Shown one piece after another: positions 43,420 to 53,611 of a DNA stretch of 64,000 bases. Each line of letters opens with the position of its first letter. The first letter of the stretch is position 1. The DNA is taken from contig CAVTHS010000003.1 of assembly GCA_963734535.1 (NCBI GenBank), positions 1-64,000 of the forward strand, written 5' to 3'. Source of the stretch: an uncultured Chloroflexia bacterium. Lineage in GTDB: Bacteria; Chloroflexota; Limnocylindria; Limnocylindrales; CSP1-4. The notes beneath the pieces were generated by a model that was not told the DNA's origin, did not search any database, and worked only from the letters and a program-made list of their open reading frames with translations. The position numbers and the translations under genes were made by a program.

Positions 43420-43856
43420 TCGAACGAGCGACGCTCACGTTCCGGGACGCCGGTCCGGACGACGCTGAATGGATCGCGCGGCTTCTCTCCGACGAGGGGT
43501 ATCCCGCCGGGGCCACCGACATCGTGCGCCGCCTGGAGCGGTACGTCGACCGCGAATGCCCCGTCCGCATCGCGGAGTCCAGTGGCGAGCGCGTTGGCTT
43601 CGTGGCCTGCCAGGTGATCCCGCGCTTCGAGCATGACGACCACGTCGTGCGGGTGATGGCGCTCGTCGTGGACCCGGGTGTCCGCGGTCGCGGCGTCGGG
43701 GCAGCGCTGATGGCCGAGGCGGAGGCCATCGCGGTGGGGATCGACGCCGCGTTCCTCGAGGTGACCGCCGGCCATCATCGTCCGGGCGCCCGGCGCCTGT
43801 TCGAGGCCGCCGGCTACGACGCCTCGCTCACGAGCTACCTCCGGAAGCGGCGCTGA
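43416..43856 (+). CDS. GNAT acetyltransferase
   Basis: LVVDPGVRGRGVGAALM, LFEAAGY. Confidence 0.9.
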   Translation: MIERATLTFRDAGPDDAEWIARLLSDEGYPAGATDIVRRLERYVDRECPVRIAESSGERVGFVACQVIPRFEHDDHVVRVMALVVDPGVRGRGVGAALMAEAEAIAVGIDAAFLEVTAGHHRPGARRLFEAAGYDASLTSYLRKRR

Positions 43857-45154
43857 GCACGTCCCAGGTCGAGTCGTTCCCGCACCTCCGGCTGAGGGTC
43901 GCCTCGGACGAGCTTCTCGCGCTGCCGTGGGAGCTGCCGCTGGCGGAGTGGCGTGCCGACCGGGTCGTCATGCGCGCCCTCCCCGTCGGGCCCTCGCGCC
44001 ACCTCGTCCGCTTCGTCGTCATCGACGAGACCGTGTACGCGCTGAAGGAGGAGTCGATCGATACCGCGTACCACGAGTACGGGGTGCTCGTTCGCCTCGA
44101 GACGCTGGCCCTGCCGTCGGTCCGCGCGATCGGGATCGCGGAGCGCCGGGACGACGCGACGGCGATCCTGGTAACCGAGTACCTGCGCCACTCGCTGCAG
44201 TATCGACGGCTCCTCATGCGGGTCCCGCTCGCTGCCGGCGGCTACCGCGACCGGCTCCTGGACGCGATGGCGTCGCTCCTCGTGGACCTTCACCGGGGCG
44301 GCGTCTACTGGGGCGACTGCTCGCTCGCGAACACGCTGTTCCGGCGCGACGGTGGAACGATCCAGGCCTACCTCGTCGACGCGGAGACCAGCGAGACCTA
44401 CCCCGAGCTGTCCGACGGGCAGCGTGCCTACGACCTCGACGTCCTCGTCGAGAATGTCGCGTTCGGCCTCGCTGACCTCGCGGCGTTCCAGGGACACCCC
44501 GACGCGATGGACGAGCAGATCGCCGCGGCCGAGTCCGTGAGGACGCGGTACACGGCCCTGTGGCAGGAGCTCCACGACCAGGTCGAGATCCAGGGTGGCG
44601 ACCGCTTCGCGATCCAGGCCCACATCCGGCGCCTCAACGACCTGGGCTTCGCGATCGGCGAGATCGAGCTGCTTCCCGGCCCGGCCGGGACGGTCCGCCT
44701 CCGGACGGCCGTCGCCCAGCGCGACTTCCACGCCCGTGAGCTCGATCGCCGGACGGGGATCGTCGCACTCGAGGGCCAGGCACGCCTGCTCCTCAACGAC
44801 GTCCGCGAGTATCGTGCGTGGCTGACCTTCTTCGAACGCCGGCCGGTCTCCTCGGCCGAAGGCGCGGCCCGCTGGCAGGACGAGGTGCTCGAGCCGTACC
44901 TGCGACGGCTGGAGACGGTCATCGGGCCCGGCCGCGACCCGCTCCAGGCGTACTGCGACCTCCTGGAGCACAAGTGGCTCCTCTCGGAGCGTGCCCAGCG
45001 CGACCTGGGCCTCGAGGCGGCGTTCGCCTCGTACGTGGCCGACGGTGCGCCGGCGCCCGAGGTGACGGGCGGCGCCCCGGGGCTCGACCTCGACCCCACG
45101 GACCCCGAGACGATGTGGGCCGGCGGCAGCCCGTCGGAGGTTCGGGCCCGTTAG
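43853..45154 (+). CDS. DUF4032-domain kinase-like protein
   Basis: LLALPWELPLAEW, SRHLVRFV, YWGDCSLANTLFRRD, LVDAET, LLEHKWLLSE; homology begins upstream of ATG 43970. Confidence 0.88.
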   Translation: MSTSQVESFPHLRLRVASDELLALPWELPLAEWRADRVVMRALPVGPSRHLVRFVVIDETVYALKEESIDTAYHEYGVLVRLETLALPSVRAIGIAERRDDATAILVTEYLRHSLQYRRLLMRVPLAAGGYRDRLLDAMASLLVDLHRGGVYWGDCSLANTLFRRDGGTIQAYLVDAETSETYPELSDGQRAYDLDVLVENVAFGLADLAAFQGHPDAMDEQIAAAESVRTRYTALWQELHDQVEIQGGDRFAIQAHIRRLNDLGFAIGEIELLPGPAGTVRLRTAVAQRDFHARELDRRTGIVALEGQARLLLNDVREYRAWLTFFERRPVSSAEGAARWQDEVLEPYLRRLETVIGPGRDPLQAYCDLLEHKWLLSERAQRDLGLEAAFASYVADGAPAPEVTGGAPGLDLDPTDPETMWAGGSPSEVRAR

Positions 45155-45265
45155 GTTGCGCGACACGCCGCCGCTGCGCGACGGACGCCGCCTTGATCGA
45201 GCGGCGCTCCCGAGGCCTCGATCCCGGGGCCGGTGACGCGGAGCCGCCCGCCGCGCGAGCGCGAT

Positions 45266-45799
45266 CTACCAGCGTTCCTCGTGGACAAGCTCCGTGAGGA
45301 GCCGACGGCCGCCCGCCCGTTTCGGCGCGGCCAGGACCGACTCGTCGGCCGGGTAACCGAACGAGAGCAGGTACTCGCAGTGCATGCCCTCGGGCAGGCC
45401 GAGCAGGGCGGCCGCTCGCGCCTGCTCGTACACCGTCGCCGGGACGCTGCCGATTCCGAGCTCCCAGGCGGCGAGCACCATGTTCTGGGCTGCCCGCCCG
45501 ATGTCGAACTCGATCGAGAGCGGCGCGCCATCCGCGTGCGGGTCTGGGGTCACGAGCGCGATCGCGACCGCGGCACCCGCGAGGTGCGCGGCAAATGGAC
45601 CCACCGTCGAGAGCTCGCGCAGGTGGTCGCGGTCGCGGCAGACGACGAACGCCCAGCGCTGCAGGTTCTTCGAGCTTCCGGCTCGCCGGCCCGCGTTGAG
45701 GATTCGCTCGATGGCGGGGGGGTCGAGCGGGCGATCCGCGAAGGTGCGGACGACCCGCAGGGAGTCGATGGCCTCCCAGGTGCCGAGGGCCGGTTCCAT
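45266..45799 (-). CDS. nitroreductase family protein
   Basis: RVVRTF, AGSSKNLQRW, QNMVLAAWELGIGS, FGYP. Confidence 0.9.
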   Translation of the reverse strand: MEPALGTWEAIDSLRVVRTFADRPLDPPAIERILNAGRRAGSSKNLQRWAFVVCRDRDHLRELSTVGPFAAHLAGAAVAIALVTPDPHADGAPLSIEFDIGRAAQNMVLAAWELGIGSVPATVYEQARAAALLGLPEGMHCEYLLSFGYPADESVLAAPKRAGGRRLLTELVHEERW

Positions 45800-45835
45800 T
45801 CGCGTGCCTCCAGGTGCGCGGGCTCAGTCGTTCCG

Positions 45836-46924
45836 TCAGGACGGGATGGGATTCGGGTCGTTGTGCGCGCGGGCGGGATCATCGAGCGTCCCGCCGGGGG
45901 GCGGCGGTGCCGGTGCGGCCGGGCGCTCGAACGCGCTGAGCGAGCCATCCGTGTCAGGCGGGCGCCGTACACGGGCGGCAACAGCGCGTGCGGCGGCCCG
46001 GTCGGGCTCGGCCGTGCCCGCGAGGTTTCGCGCCAGGAAGGCCGCGATCCGACCCCGGTAGGCCGGATCCTCGTAGAGCCAGCGATGCCGGCCCTCGGGC
46101 AGGACCAGGAGCTCGACCTCGCGACCGGCGACACGCCGCGCCGCCCGGTCCAGGCGAAGCGCGTTGTCGGCGCCGACGACCTCGTCCTGCTCGCCGTGGA
46201 CGATGAGGATCGGGCCCGGGTATCGCCTCACCGCCGCGGTGGCGCTCACCTCGGACGGCGCGTGGCCGCGCGGTCGAAGGTAGACCCGCGTCGTGAGGGC
46301 AGCCAGCGGCTGGGCGATCAGCCCCGGCATGGTCAGGCCGGCCAGCTGGAACGTCCGCCGGGTCAGGCGTCGCGGATCCGCCGGGGCGGCCGTCATCACG
46401 AGCGCCGCGACCCGGGGATCGTCCGCGGCCGCGATCGCCGCGCCGATCGCACCCATCGAGTGGCCCAGGACGGCCACGGCAGTCACGTCGGGCCGCGCGG
46501 CCGCAAGCTCGACGGCCGCCCGTGCGTCGGCACCAAACTCGGCTGCGCTGATCGGGAGGGTCTCCGGCGGGTTGTCGCCGTGGCCACGAACGTCGAACAG
46601 GAGCGAGGCGAACCCGGCGGCGCGCAGGAACCGGGCGTTCGGCAGCATCCGCGCCCGGTTGGACTCCCAGCCGTGGACCAGCACGACGGCCGGCGCGGGC
46701 CGGCCTCCGGCAGCCGGCACGAACCACCCGGGGAGCGAGCCCGCATCGGATTGGACGGTCGCGACCTCGAAGGGGAGGTCATGGGCTTCCGGCGTCTCCA
46801 TCGGCGGCCGGCGCGCCGGGAGGCCCGCGCGGCGCCGATACTCGATGGCGAAGCGGTAGGCCGCCGCGGACGGAGCCACGATCGCGGCACCGAGCGCCAG
46901 CAGCACCTTGCGGGATGTGCGCAT
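45836..46924 (-). CDS. alpha/beta hydrolase
   Basis: VHGW, DVRGHG, GHSMG, HGEQD, GRH. Confidence 0.9.
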   Translation of the reverse strand: MRTSRKVLLALGAAIVAPSAAAYRFAIEYRRRAGLPARRPPMETPEAHDLPFEVATVQSDAGSLPGWFVPAAGGRPAPAVVLVHGWESNRARMLPNARFLRAAGFASLLFDVRGHGDNPPETLPISAAEFGADARAAVELAAARPDVTAVAVLGHSMGAIGAAIAAADDPRVAALVMTAAPADPRRLTRRTFQLAGLTMPGLIAQPLAALTTRVYLRPRGHAPSEVSATAAVRRYPGPILIVHGEQDEVVGADNALRLDRAARRVAGREVELLVLPEGRHRWLYEDPAYRGRIAAFLARNLAGTAEPDRAAARAVAARVRRPPDTDGSLSAFERPAAPAPPPPGGTLDDPARAHNDPNPIPS

Positions 46925-46962
46925 GGCCGAAGGGTACCGCCCTGCTCGGCTAGGATGGTGGG

Positions 46963-47850
46963 ATGGCCCAACGTGACCCCCACGAGGTGCTCGGCGTCGA
47001 CCGGGATGCCAGCCAGGCCACCGTGAAGGCGGCCTGGCGGCGCCTGGCCCGCGAGCACCACCCCGACCTCGCGGGTGACGCTGCCGCGCGCCGGGACGCG
47101 ACGCGCAGGATGGCCGAGATCAACGCGGCCTACCAGGCACTCCGCGCCGGCGCCGGCGGGCGCCCCGGCAGGTCAGACTCGCCGGGAGGTGGCGCCGGGA
47201 CGGCGGGGGGGCAGGCACCAGGCCCGGGTGCGCCCGACGCCACGCGTGCCAGCGGCCCGCCGCCGCCGCCGCCCAGCAGGCCGGTCACGGCCCGGTTCGA
47301 CACGACGCACCTCTTCCGGCAGCGCAACGCGACGACGACCCCCGCCGGGGGCGGATATCGTCACCGGCCGCGGGCGCCGATCGCGCTCCGCCGGGCGACG
47401 TGGGGCGAGGCCGAGGAGCCGCGGGCGTCGGACCCGACGGGCCCGCTACAGCGCGTCCGCTCCCGGCGTGGAGCCCATCGGCCGCTGCCGAGCCTCGACG
47501 CAGCGCGGGCGACCGAGATCGTCTTCGGCAAGTTCCACGGGCATACGCTCGGCGAGATCGAGGCCCTCGAGCCGACGTACCTCGAATGGCTGGAGCGGAC
47601 GATCACCCGCGACCCGGACCTGGTGGCGGCCGCCCGCGTGGTCCTCGACGAGCGCGACCGCTCGCGCGCCGGCTGGGTCGACCCGGCCGATGGGATCGAT
47701 GCCCCAGGCGAGACCAACGGCGCGGACGGGGTCGGTGCCGCGCACGGGTCCGACGCTGACGGCGGTCCGGGTCCCGATCACCGAGAGGTTTCGGACGCGG
47801 CGCCAGCAAGGTCCGCGGGCGGACGCGGCGTGGGAAGTGCCTCGGCATGA
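46963..47850 (+). CDS. J-domain (DnaJ class C) protein
   Basis: DPHEVLGV, HPD, INAAY; C-terminal FGKFHG...YLEWL module. Confidence 0.85.
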   Translation: MAQRDPHEVLGVDRDASQATVKAAWRRLAREHHPDLAGDAAARRDATRRMAEINAAYQALRAGAGGRPGRSDSPGGGAGTAGGQAPGPGAPDATRASGPPPPPPSRPVTARFDTTHLFRQRNATTTPAGGGYRHRPRAPIALRRATWGEAEEPRASDPTGPLQRVRSRRGAHRPLPSLDAARATEIVFGKFHGHTLGEIEALEPTYLEWLERTITRDPDLVAAARVVLDERDRSRAGWVDPADGIDAPGETNGADGVGAAHGSDADGGPGPDHREVSDAAPARSAGGRGVGSASA

Positions 47851-48321
47851 ACGGCGGCGGGGACGCCGGATGGCGTCCCCGCGAAGCAGTGACGAGTGGA
47901 TCCGCGGGATAGGTCCGCGGCCCCGATGATTGCGACAGCCACCGCCGCGGACCGGGCCTGCTGGCCGGAGATCCATGGTTACTCGACTCGTGCCCGATGC
48001 CCCAGGGGCCACCCAATGACGCTCCCCGCAGCGTTCTCGAAGTTCGGTGTGTCCCGGTGCTCCGGGCCGTGGCCGACGCCCCAGGTTGGTCCCGGTGGCT
48101 CGCGCCGACGGCTGCATCTCGGAAGGTATGCCGGTCGGCCAGCCGTGGCAATACGACCTCCGTCCGGGTCGGGGACCCCGCAATGGTCGGTGGCGTCCAC
48201 GCACCGGCCCCGGACCCACGTACCAGGTGACCGTGGGCACCGGTTCCCGTCGCCGCGCCTCGCGGGAGTGCTGCGACCCGGCCGTGCGGCAGCCGCACCT
48301 GGGGCCGGGTACGCTGGTCGC

Positions 48322-48924
48322 ATGTTCAGCGCGCTCGCCCGGGGAGGTCTCGGCTTTGTCGCCGCAGCCGTGCTCGTCGCGGCGTGCGCGAGCTCGTCGC
48401 CCCCGCCTTCGTTCGATCCGACCGCGCCATGCGGCGGCGTCGACCGCCAGGAGATGAAGGGCGCTTACCCCGACCTCGAGGCGCGGATCCCGCTCCAGCT
48501 CGACGGCCAGGCGGCGGACAGCCGTGACTCGGGGCGCTTCTGCTCGAAGGCAACGCTGGGAACGCTGTGGGACGCGGGGATCCGCGAATCCCAGTTCGGG
48601 GGCGGGATCTGGGCGATCGACCCGGCGGGCGGGACCTCGCTTGCCGGCCTCCAGCTCTCGGTCTTCCGGGCGCCCGCCCTGACCGCGCAGCTCCTCGCCG
48701 ACGAGTACAAGGCCGGGGCGGCGGGCACGAGCCGGGTCACCATCGTCTCGGCCACGAATGAGCAGGTCACGGGCCGGCCCGGGTTCCGGATCAACCTCCT
48801 CAACGGCGATTCGCACCAGGCGATCGTGGTCTGGCCATCGGCCGACGGGTCGGTGGTCCAGGTCGTGATCGCATCGGATGTCGGGGAGTCGAAGGTCCAG
48901 GCGGCGATCGCGGCGCTCCACTGA
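48322..48924 (+). CDS. hypothetical lipoprotein
   Basis: Lipobox LVAAC; TACGCT 6 nt before ATG. Confidence 0.7.
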   Translation: MFSALARGGLGFVAAAVLVAACASSSPPPSFDPTAPCGGVDRQEMKGAYPDLEARIPLQLDGQAADSRDSGRFCSKATLGTLWDAGIRESQFGGGIWAIDPAGGTSLAGLQLSVFRAPALTAQLLADEYKAGAAGTSRVTIVSATNEQVTGRPGFRINLLNGDSHQAIVVWPSADGSVVQVVIASDVGESKVQAAIAALH

Positions 48925-49000
48925 AGCCGGCCCGCCGCCGCGCTCGCCGCAGCGATGCCGGGCGTGGACGCCAGGAGCGCGCGCGGCTAGGATCCAACCC

Positions 49001-50818
49001 ATGACGTGGCAGGCCCGGAAGCGCGCCTGGGAGCGCGAGCGACTCGACCCGGTGCGCGCCCGTTCGCCGGAGCGCTCGCCTCGTTTCACCACGATCTCGG
49101 ACGTGGAGGTGGCGCGCCTCTACGGCCCGTGGGACTGGGTCCCGTCGAACCGCGCAACGGGCGAGGGCGGCAGCACTGGCGCGGGCGGGGACGGGGCTGG
49201 CGCGACACCGCGCGACCCAGCCGGCGCGGGCGGCCCCACCGCGGTGGACCATCGCGGCGAGCGGTTGCGGGCGGGCCGTTGGGACGCGTTTGATCCGCTC
49301 CGCGACATCGGATTCCCGGGGGAGCCGCCATTCACGCGGGGCGTCCACCCGACCGGCTACCGCGGGCGCGCCTGGACGATGCGGATGTTCGCCGGGTTCG
49401 GCGCGGCCGAGGACACGAATTCCCGCTTCCGCGACCTGCTCGCGGCTGGCCAGACCGGCCTCTCGGTCGCGTTCGACATGCCGACCCTCTACGGCTACGA
49501 CACGGACGACCCGGAGGCCGAGGGCGAGTTCGGGACCTGTGGGGTTGCGGTCAGCTCGCTCGCCGACATGGAGGTGCTCCTCGACGGGCTGCCGCTGGAC
49601 CGGGTCAGCACGTCGATGACCATCAACTCGCCGGCAGCGCCGGTCTGGGCGATGTACATCGTGGCCGCCGAGAAGCGTGGCGTGCCGCGGGCCGCGCTCG
49701 AGGGGACCCTCCAGAACGACATCCTCAAGGAGTTCATCGCCCAGAAGGAGTACCTCTTCCCGCCCGCGCCGTCACTCCGCCTGGTGACCGACACGATCGA
49801 GTTCGGGACTCGCGAGCTGCCGCGCTGGAACACGGTCTCGATCAGCGGCTACCACATCCGCGAGGCGGGCAGCACGGCCGTCCAGGAGCTGGCGTTCACG
49901 CTCGCCGACGGCATGGCGTACACGGAGGCGGCGCTCGCCCGGGGGCTCCGGGTCGACGACTTCGCACCCCGGCTCTCCTTCTTCTTCAACTCGCACGCCG
50001 ACTTCTTCGAGGAGATCGCGAAGTTCCGGGCCGCACGGCGCATCTGGTGGAAGCTCATGACGGCGCGCTACGGCGCCGAGAACGAGCGCTCGACATGGCT
50101 GCGTTTCCATACCCAGACCGCCGGTGTCAGCCTCACGCCCCAGCAGCCGCTCAACAACCTCACGCGGGTGGCGGTCCAGGCGCTGGCGGCCGTCCTGGGC
50201 GGCACCCAGTCGCTCCACACGGATGCCTACGACGAGGCGTGGGCCGTGCCGACCGCAGAGGCCGCGCTCCTCGCCCTTCGGCAGCAGCAGGTGATCGCCG
50301 AGGAGACGGGCGTCACGAATACGGTCGACCCGCTGGGCGGGAGCTGGTTCGTCGAGTCGCTCACGAACCGGACGGAGCGCGACGTGTGGCGGTATCTCGA
50401 CGAGATCGACGCGCGCGGCGGGATGGTCGCGGCGGTCGCCCAGGGGTACCCGCAGCGCGAGATCGCGGACGCTGCGTACCGGTTCCAGCGCGAGATCGAC
50501 GGCGGCGAGCGGCGCATCGTGGGCATGAACGCCCACGTGGACCCCGACGAGGTGCTCGCCGTGCCGCTGCTCCGCGTGCCCGAAGGATCACTGGAACGCC
50601 ACCTGGCGCGCCTCGAGCGCACCCGCCGCGAGCGCGATCCGGGCGCCGTGGAGACCGCGCTGGCGGGTCTGCACGGGGCGGCCTCGGCCCCGGAATCGTC
50701 GGCCACGAACCTGATGCCGCATTTCCTTCGCTGCGCGGCCGCCTACGCCACGCTCGGCGAGCAGTGCCGGGTGCTGCGGGAGGTGTTCGGGGAGTACCGC
50801 GAGCCCGTGGCGATCTGA
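49001..50818 (+). CDS. icmA: acyl-CoA mutase large subunit, isobutyryl-CoA mutase type
   Basis: [10 protein letters not shown] and [13 protein letters not shown] (Phe/Gln where methylmalonyl-CoA mutase has Tyr/Arg); [10 protein letters not shown]; no B12 domain. Confidence 0.85.
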   Translation: MTWQARKRAWERERLDPVRARSPERSPRFTTISDVEVARLYGPWDWVPSNRATGEGGSTGAGGDGAGATPRDPAGAGGPTAVDHRGERLRAGRWDAFDPLRDIGFPGEPPFTRGVHPTGYRGRAWTMRMFAGFGAAEDTNSRFRDLLAAGQTGLSVAFDMPTLYGYDTDDPEAEGEFGTCGVAVSSLADMEVLLDGLPLDRVSTSMTINSPAAPVWAMYIVAAEKRGVPRAALEGTLQNDILKEFIAQKEYLFPPAPSLRLVTDTIEFGTRELPRWNTVSISGYHIREAGSTAVQELAFTLADGMAYTEAALARGLRVDDFAPRLSFFFNSHADFFEEIAKFRAARRIWWKLMTARYGAENERSTWLRFHTQTAGVSLTPQQPLNNLTRVAVQALAAVLGGTQSLHTDAYDEAWAVPTAEAALLALRQQQVIAEETGVTNTVDPLGGSWFVESLTNRTERDVWRYLDEIDARGGMVAAVAQGYPQREIADAAYRFQREIDGGERRIVGMNAHVDPDEVLAVPLLRVPEGSLERHLARLERTRRERDPGAVETALAGLHGAASAPESSATNLMPHFLRCAAAYATLGEQCRVLREVFGEYREPVAI

Positions 50819-50855
50819 GCGCGGACGCGGGTGGGGGTCCCGCGGGCGTCCCGGG

Positions 50856-51623
50856 CTATCCGGCTGCGTCAGGCCCCACGGAATCCAGCTCGTCTCGATC
50901 CCCGTCCGGGTCGCTCTCGGGCAGGGAGTCGGCGACCGTCCGCGCGAAGCGCGCCGCCTCGACGAGCGATCCGGCCAGGAAGTCCACCTCGACGCGCGAG
51001 GCCACGCCTGGATCGGCGGCGATCGTGCCACCCAGCATGATCGGGAAGGCTCGCGCGGCCCGCGCGCCGCTGGCCGCCGCAACTGCATCGCGGACCGCCG
51101 GTTCCCGCTCCGGCAGCGACGCGCTGAGCGCCAGCAACGCCGCGTGGTTGCGGGCAAGGAACCGGGCCAGATCGGCCGGGGGCACGTCGGGCCCCAGGTT
51201 CGTCACGCTCCATCCGTCGTCGCGCAGCACCTGGTCGAGGCAGGCGAGGCCGAGCCCATGGTGCTCGCCGGCCACGCCCGCGAGGACTGCCAGCGGTCCG
51301 ACACGGCTCTCGGGCCCCTGCGGTGCACGGACCCGCTCGAGCGCGCGCAGCAGCGTCTGGGAGGCAAGGTGCTCCTCCGCGACGGTCCAGCGGCCGCTGC
51401 TCCAGCGCTCGCCGACCAGGCGCATCGCATCGCGAAGCAGGCCGTCGAAGGCGACGGCGCGGCCCTGCTCGGCGATGGCGCTCCGGAGGGTCCAGGCCGC
51501 CAGCTCGTCATCGCCGTCGGCGAGGAGGGACGCGAGCAGGTCGGGCGTGAACGTCGCGGCGGCGAATGGCTCGGCCGCGTGAGTGGGATCGACGGGCGGG
51601 AGCTTCGGCATCTGGTCCTGCAT
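50856..51623 (-). CDS. stand-alone cobalamin-binding protein (CarH/AerR-like sensor module)
   Basis: W-x9-EH (WSSGRWTVAEEH), EHHGLG, LG, LS, GG; no DNA-binding domain. Confidence 0.8.
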   Translation of the reverse strand: MQDQMPKLPPVDPTHAAEPFAAATFTPDLLASLLADGDDELAAWTLRSAIAEQGRAVAFDGLLRDAMRLVGERWSSGRWTVAEEHLASQTLLRALERVRAPQGPESRVGPLAVLAGVAGEHHGLGLACLDQVLRDDGWSVTNLGPDVPPADLARFLARNHAALLALSASLPEREPAVRDAVAAASGARAARAFPIMLGGTIAADPGVASRVEVDFLAGSLVEAARFARTVADSLPESDPDGDRDELDSVGPDAAG

Positions 51624-51741
51624 CGAGGGTTGACTCTATCACCGGTTCGGTGCCGGGCGGCCGGCGGATGGGTCGGACCGCGGAGGTTCTGGCGCTCGCC
51701 TGATTCTCGCGCTCGCCTGGCCTGCCGGATACCATCCGGGC

Positions 51742-52218
51742 ATGTATGCCGACGCACTCTCCTTCCTCGAGGACGAACGGGACGCCTGGCGTCCGTACGA
51801 GGACCTGTTCAGCCTGACCCCCGCCCAGCTGGAGGTGCCCGTAGCCGGCCCGGATCACTGGTCCGGCAGGGACCTGCTGGGCCACCTCGTCTTCTGCCAG
51901 GAGTACGCGCTTGACGTCGCGCGCGAGCTGGCAGTCGGCGAGACGAGCGCCGCTCTGGTTCGCGGCGAAGCCGACTGGGACGCCCGGGGCGACGCGGTCA
52001 ACGACGAGGCGGTTGCTGCGTGGCGCGCCATGCCCATCGAGGAGCTGCTCGGCCGCGCACGGACGGTCCCGGGCGAGCTGCGCGGCCACCTGACGGTCGT
52101 GCCCGAGGCGCGCTGGCTCAAGAACGGCGAGGTCCAGGCGTTCTTTGCGGGCGAGACGATCGACCATTACGCCGATCACGCACAAGATCTCGCGCTGATC
52201 CTCGCCGCGGCACGATGA
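51742..52218 (+). CDS. DinB/MDMPI-like four-helix protein
   Basis: WSGRDLLGHL, HYADH. Confidence 0.75.
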   Translation: MYADALSFLEDERDAWRPYEDLFSLTPAQLEVPVAGPDHWSGRDLLGHLVFCQEYALDVARELAVGETSAALVRGEADWDARGDAVNDEAVAAWRAMPIEELLGRARTVPGELRGHLTVVPEARWLKNGEVQAFFAGETIDHYADHAQDLALILAAAR

Positions 52219-52261
52219 CGGCGCCGTCGCTCGCTTTGCCCGGCTCCGGCCCCGCCGTCCG

Positions 52262-52651
52262 ATGACGGCGCCGACGCTCGCGACGCTCCTCGCGGGCGGG
52301 GCTGCTCGGCTGGAAGGCGCGTCCGCGGTCCCGACAGGGCAGGGGACCGACCTCTATCTCGACGACGTCCTCTTCGCCTCGATCGTGGTGGACGCGGCGG
52401 AGTTCCGCCTTCGCGACGAGGTGGGCGCCGCCGCCTTGCGGACCCCGAACGTGTCGGTCTCCCCGCGCGGGCCGGGCTGGGTGCGGTTCGCGCCGCGGCA
52501 GCTCGACGGGCACGCCCGGGACCGCGCACTGGCCTGGCTCGAGAGCGCATGGCGGCGCGCCGACGCGGAGCTCTCGGGCGTGGCGGGCCCGGCGTTCGGA
52601 GAAGCCGACGGCGAGGATCCGGCCGATCTCGATGACGACGAGGACGGTTGA
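52262..52651 (+). CDS. hypothetical protein
   Basis: AALRTP, GPGWVRF, AWLESAWRRA; acidic tail. Confidence 0.6.
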   Translation: MTAPTLATLLAGGAARLEGASAVPTGQGTDLYLDDVLFASIVVDAAEFRLRDEVGAAALRTPNVSVSPRGPGWVRFAPRQLDGHARDRALAWLESAWRRADAELSGVAGPAFGEADGEDPADLDDDEDG

Positions 52652-52797
52652 GCCGCGAGCTCGGACCGTGCCGCGGGAGCACGACTGAACGCGCCGCCCC
52701 GCCTCCCGTGCCCCGGAATCGAACCGCCCCAACCGGTCAGCCGGGAGGGGCGGTCGGGCGGCGTCGCCCGCGGCGGCGAATCCGCGGGGCCGTCGGG

Positions 52798-53142
52798 TCA
52801 GATGGCGGTCTTGGCGTATGTCGGCAGGCCGAAGCGCTGCTCCAGCTGATCGGCGGGCTGGAAGCCCACCACGCCCATCGGCTGCTTGCCCTCGCCCGGG
52901 AAGAACGCGATCGTCGGGATGCTCATGATGTTGAAGGCTCGGCTGATACCCGGGTTCGCGTCGACGTCAACCTTCACCACGTCCACGGCGCCGTCGTACT
53001 TGGCTGCGAGCTTCTCGAGCTCCGGGGCGACGAGCTTGCAGGGTCCGCACCAGGCGGCCCAGAAGTCGACGATGACGGGACGCTCGGACTTCAGGACGAG
53101 CTCGTCGAAGGTGGTGTCGGTTGCGTGCTTGATCTCGACCAT
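52798..53142 (-). CDS. trxA: thioredoxin
   Basis: VDFWAAWCGPC, SIPT. Confidence 0.95.
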   Translation of the reverse strand: MVEIKHATDTTFDELVLKSERPVIVDFWAAWCGPCKLVAPELEKLAAKYDGAVDVVKVDVDANPGISRAFNIMSIPTIAFFPGEGKQPMGVVGFQPADQLEQRFGLPTYAKTAI

Positions 53143-53186
53143 CGGTCGGAACCCTTTCTCCCGCCTGCGCGGGCGCGAAGGCGGGC

Positions 53187-53486
53187 CTAGCCGGCCAGCC
53201 CCTGGATGAGACGGTAGGCTTCGAGGACGCGCGGGTCCGCGAGCCTGTAGTAGACGGTGCTCCCGTCTCGTCGGGTGGAGACCAGCCCGGCGCTCCGCAG
53301 CACCGCGAGGTGCTGCGACATGTTCGGCACCTGGCAGCCAACACACGTGGAAAGCTCCGAGACGGAGAACTCGCCGGCGGCAAGCGTCTCGAGGACGCAA
53401 AGCCGTTTCGGGTCGGCCAGCGCCCGCCCGATGAGCGCGGCACGCTGCCGCTCGGCGTCGCTGTTGGTGCGCTGTTCGGTGACCAC
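53187..53486 (-). CDS. ArsR/SmtB-family regulator
   Basis: ALADPKRL, SQHLAVLRSAGLV, VYYRL. Confidence 0.92.
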   Translation of the reverse strand: MVTEQRTNSDAERQRAALIGRALADPKRLCVLETLAAGEFSVSELSTCVGCQVPNMSQHLAVLRSAGLVSTRRDGSTVYYRLADPRVLEAYRLIQGLAG

Positions 53487-53611
53487 GTCAGGAGTATCTC
53501 ATTACTTGCGCAACAACGCAAGTGCATTGGTCCGATGCTGCAGGGACCGACCGTGCCGGGATCCGACGCGTTCCCGGGCATCCCGCACGGCCGTCCGCGA
53601 TACTGCGCGGC

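Noticed and set aside
47851-48320. Housekeeping ncRNA (SRP, RNase P, tmRNA, 6S) in the long spacer
   Set aside because: No diagnostic conserved sequence recognised; only generic GC hairpins.
49001-50818. Methylmalonyl-CoA mutase
   Set aside because: Lacks the Tyr and Arg carboxylate-binding residues.
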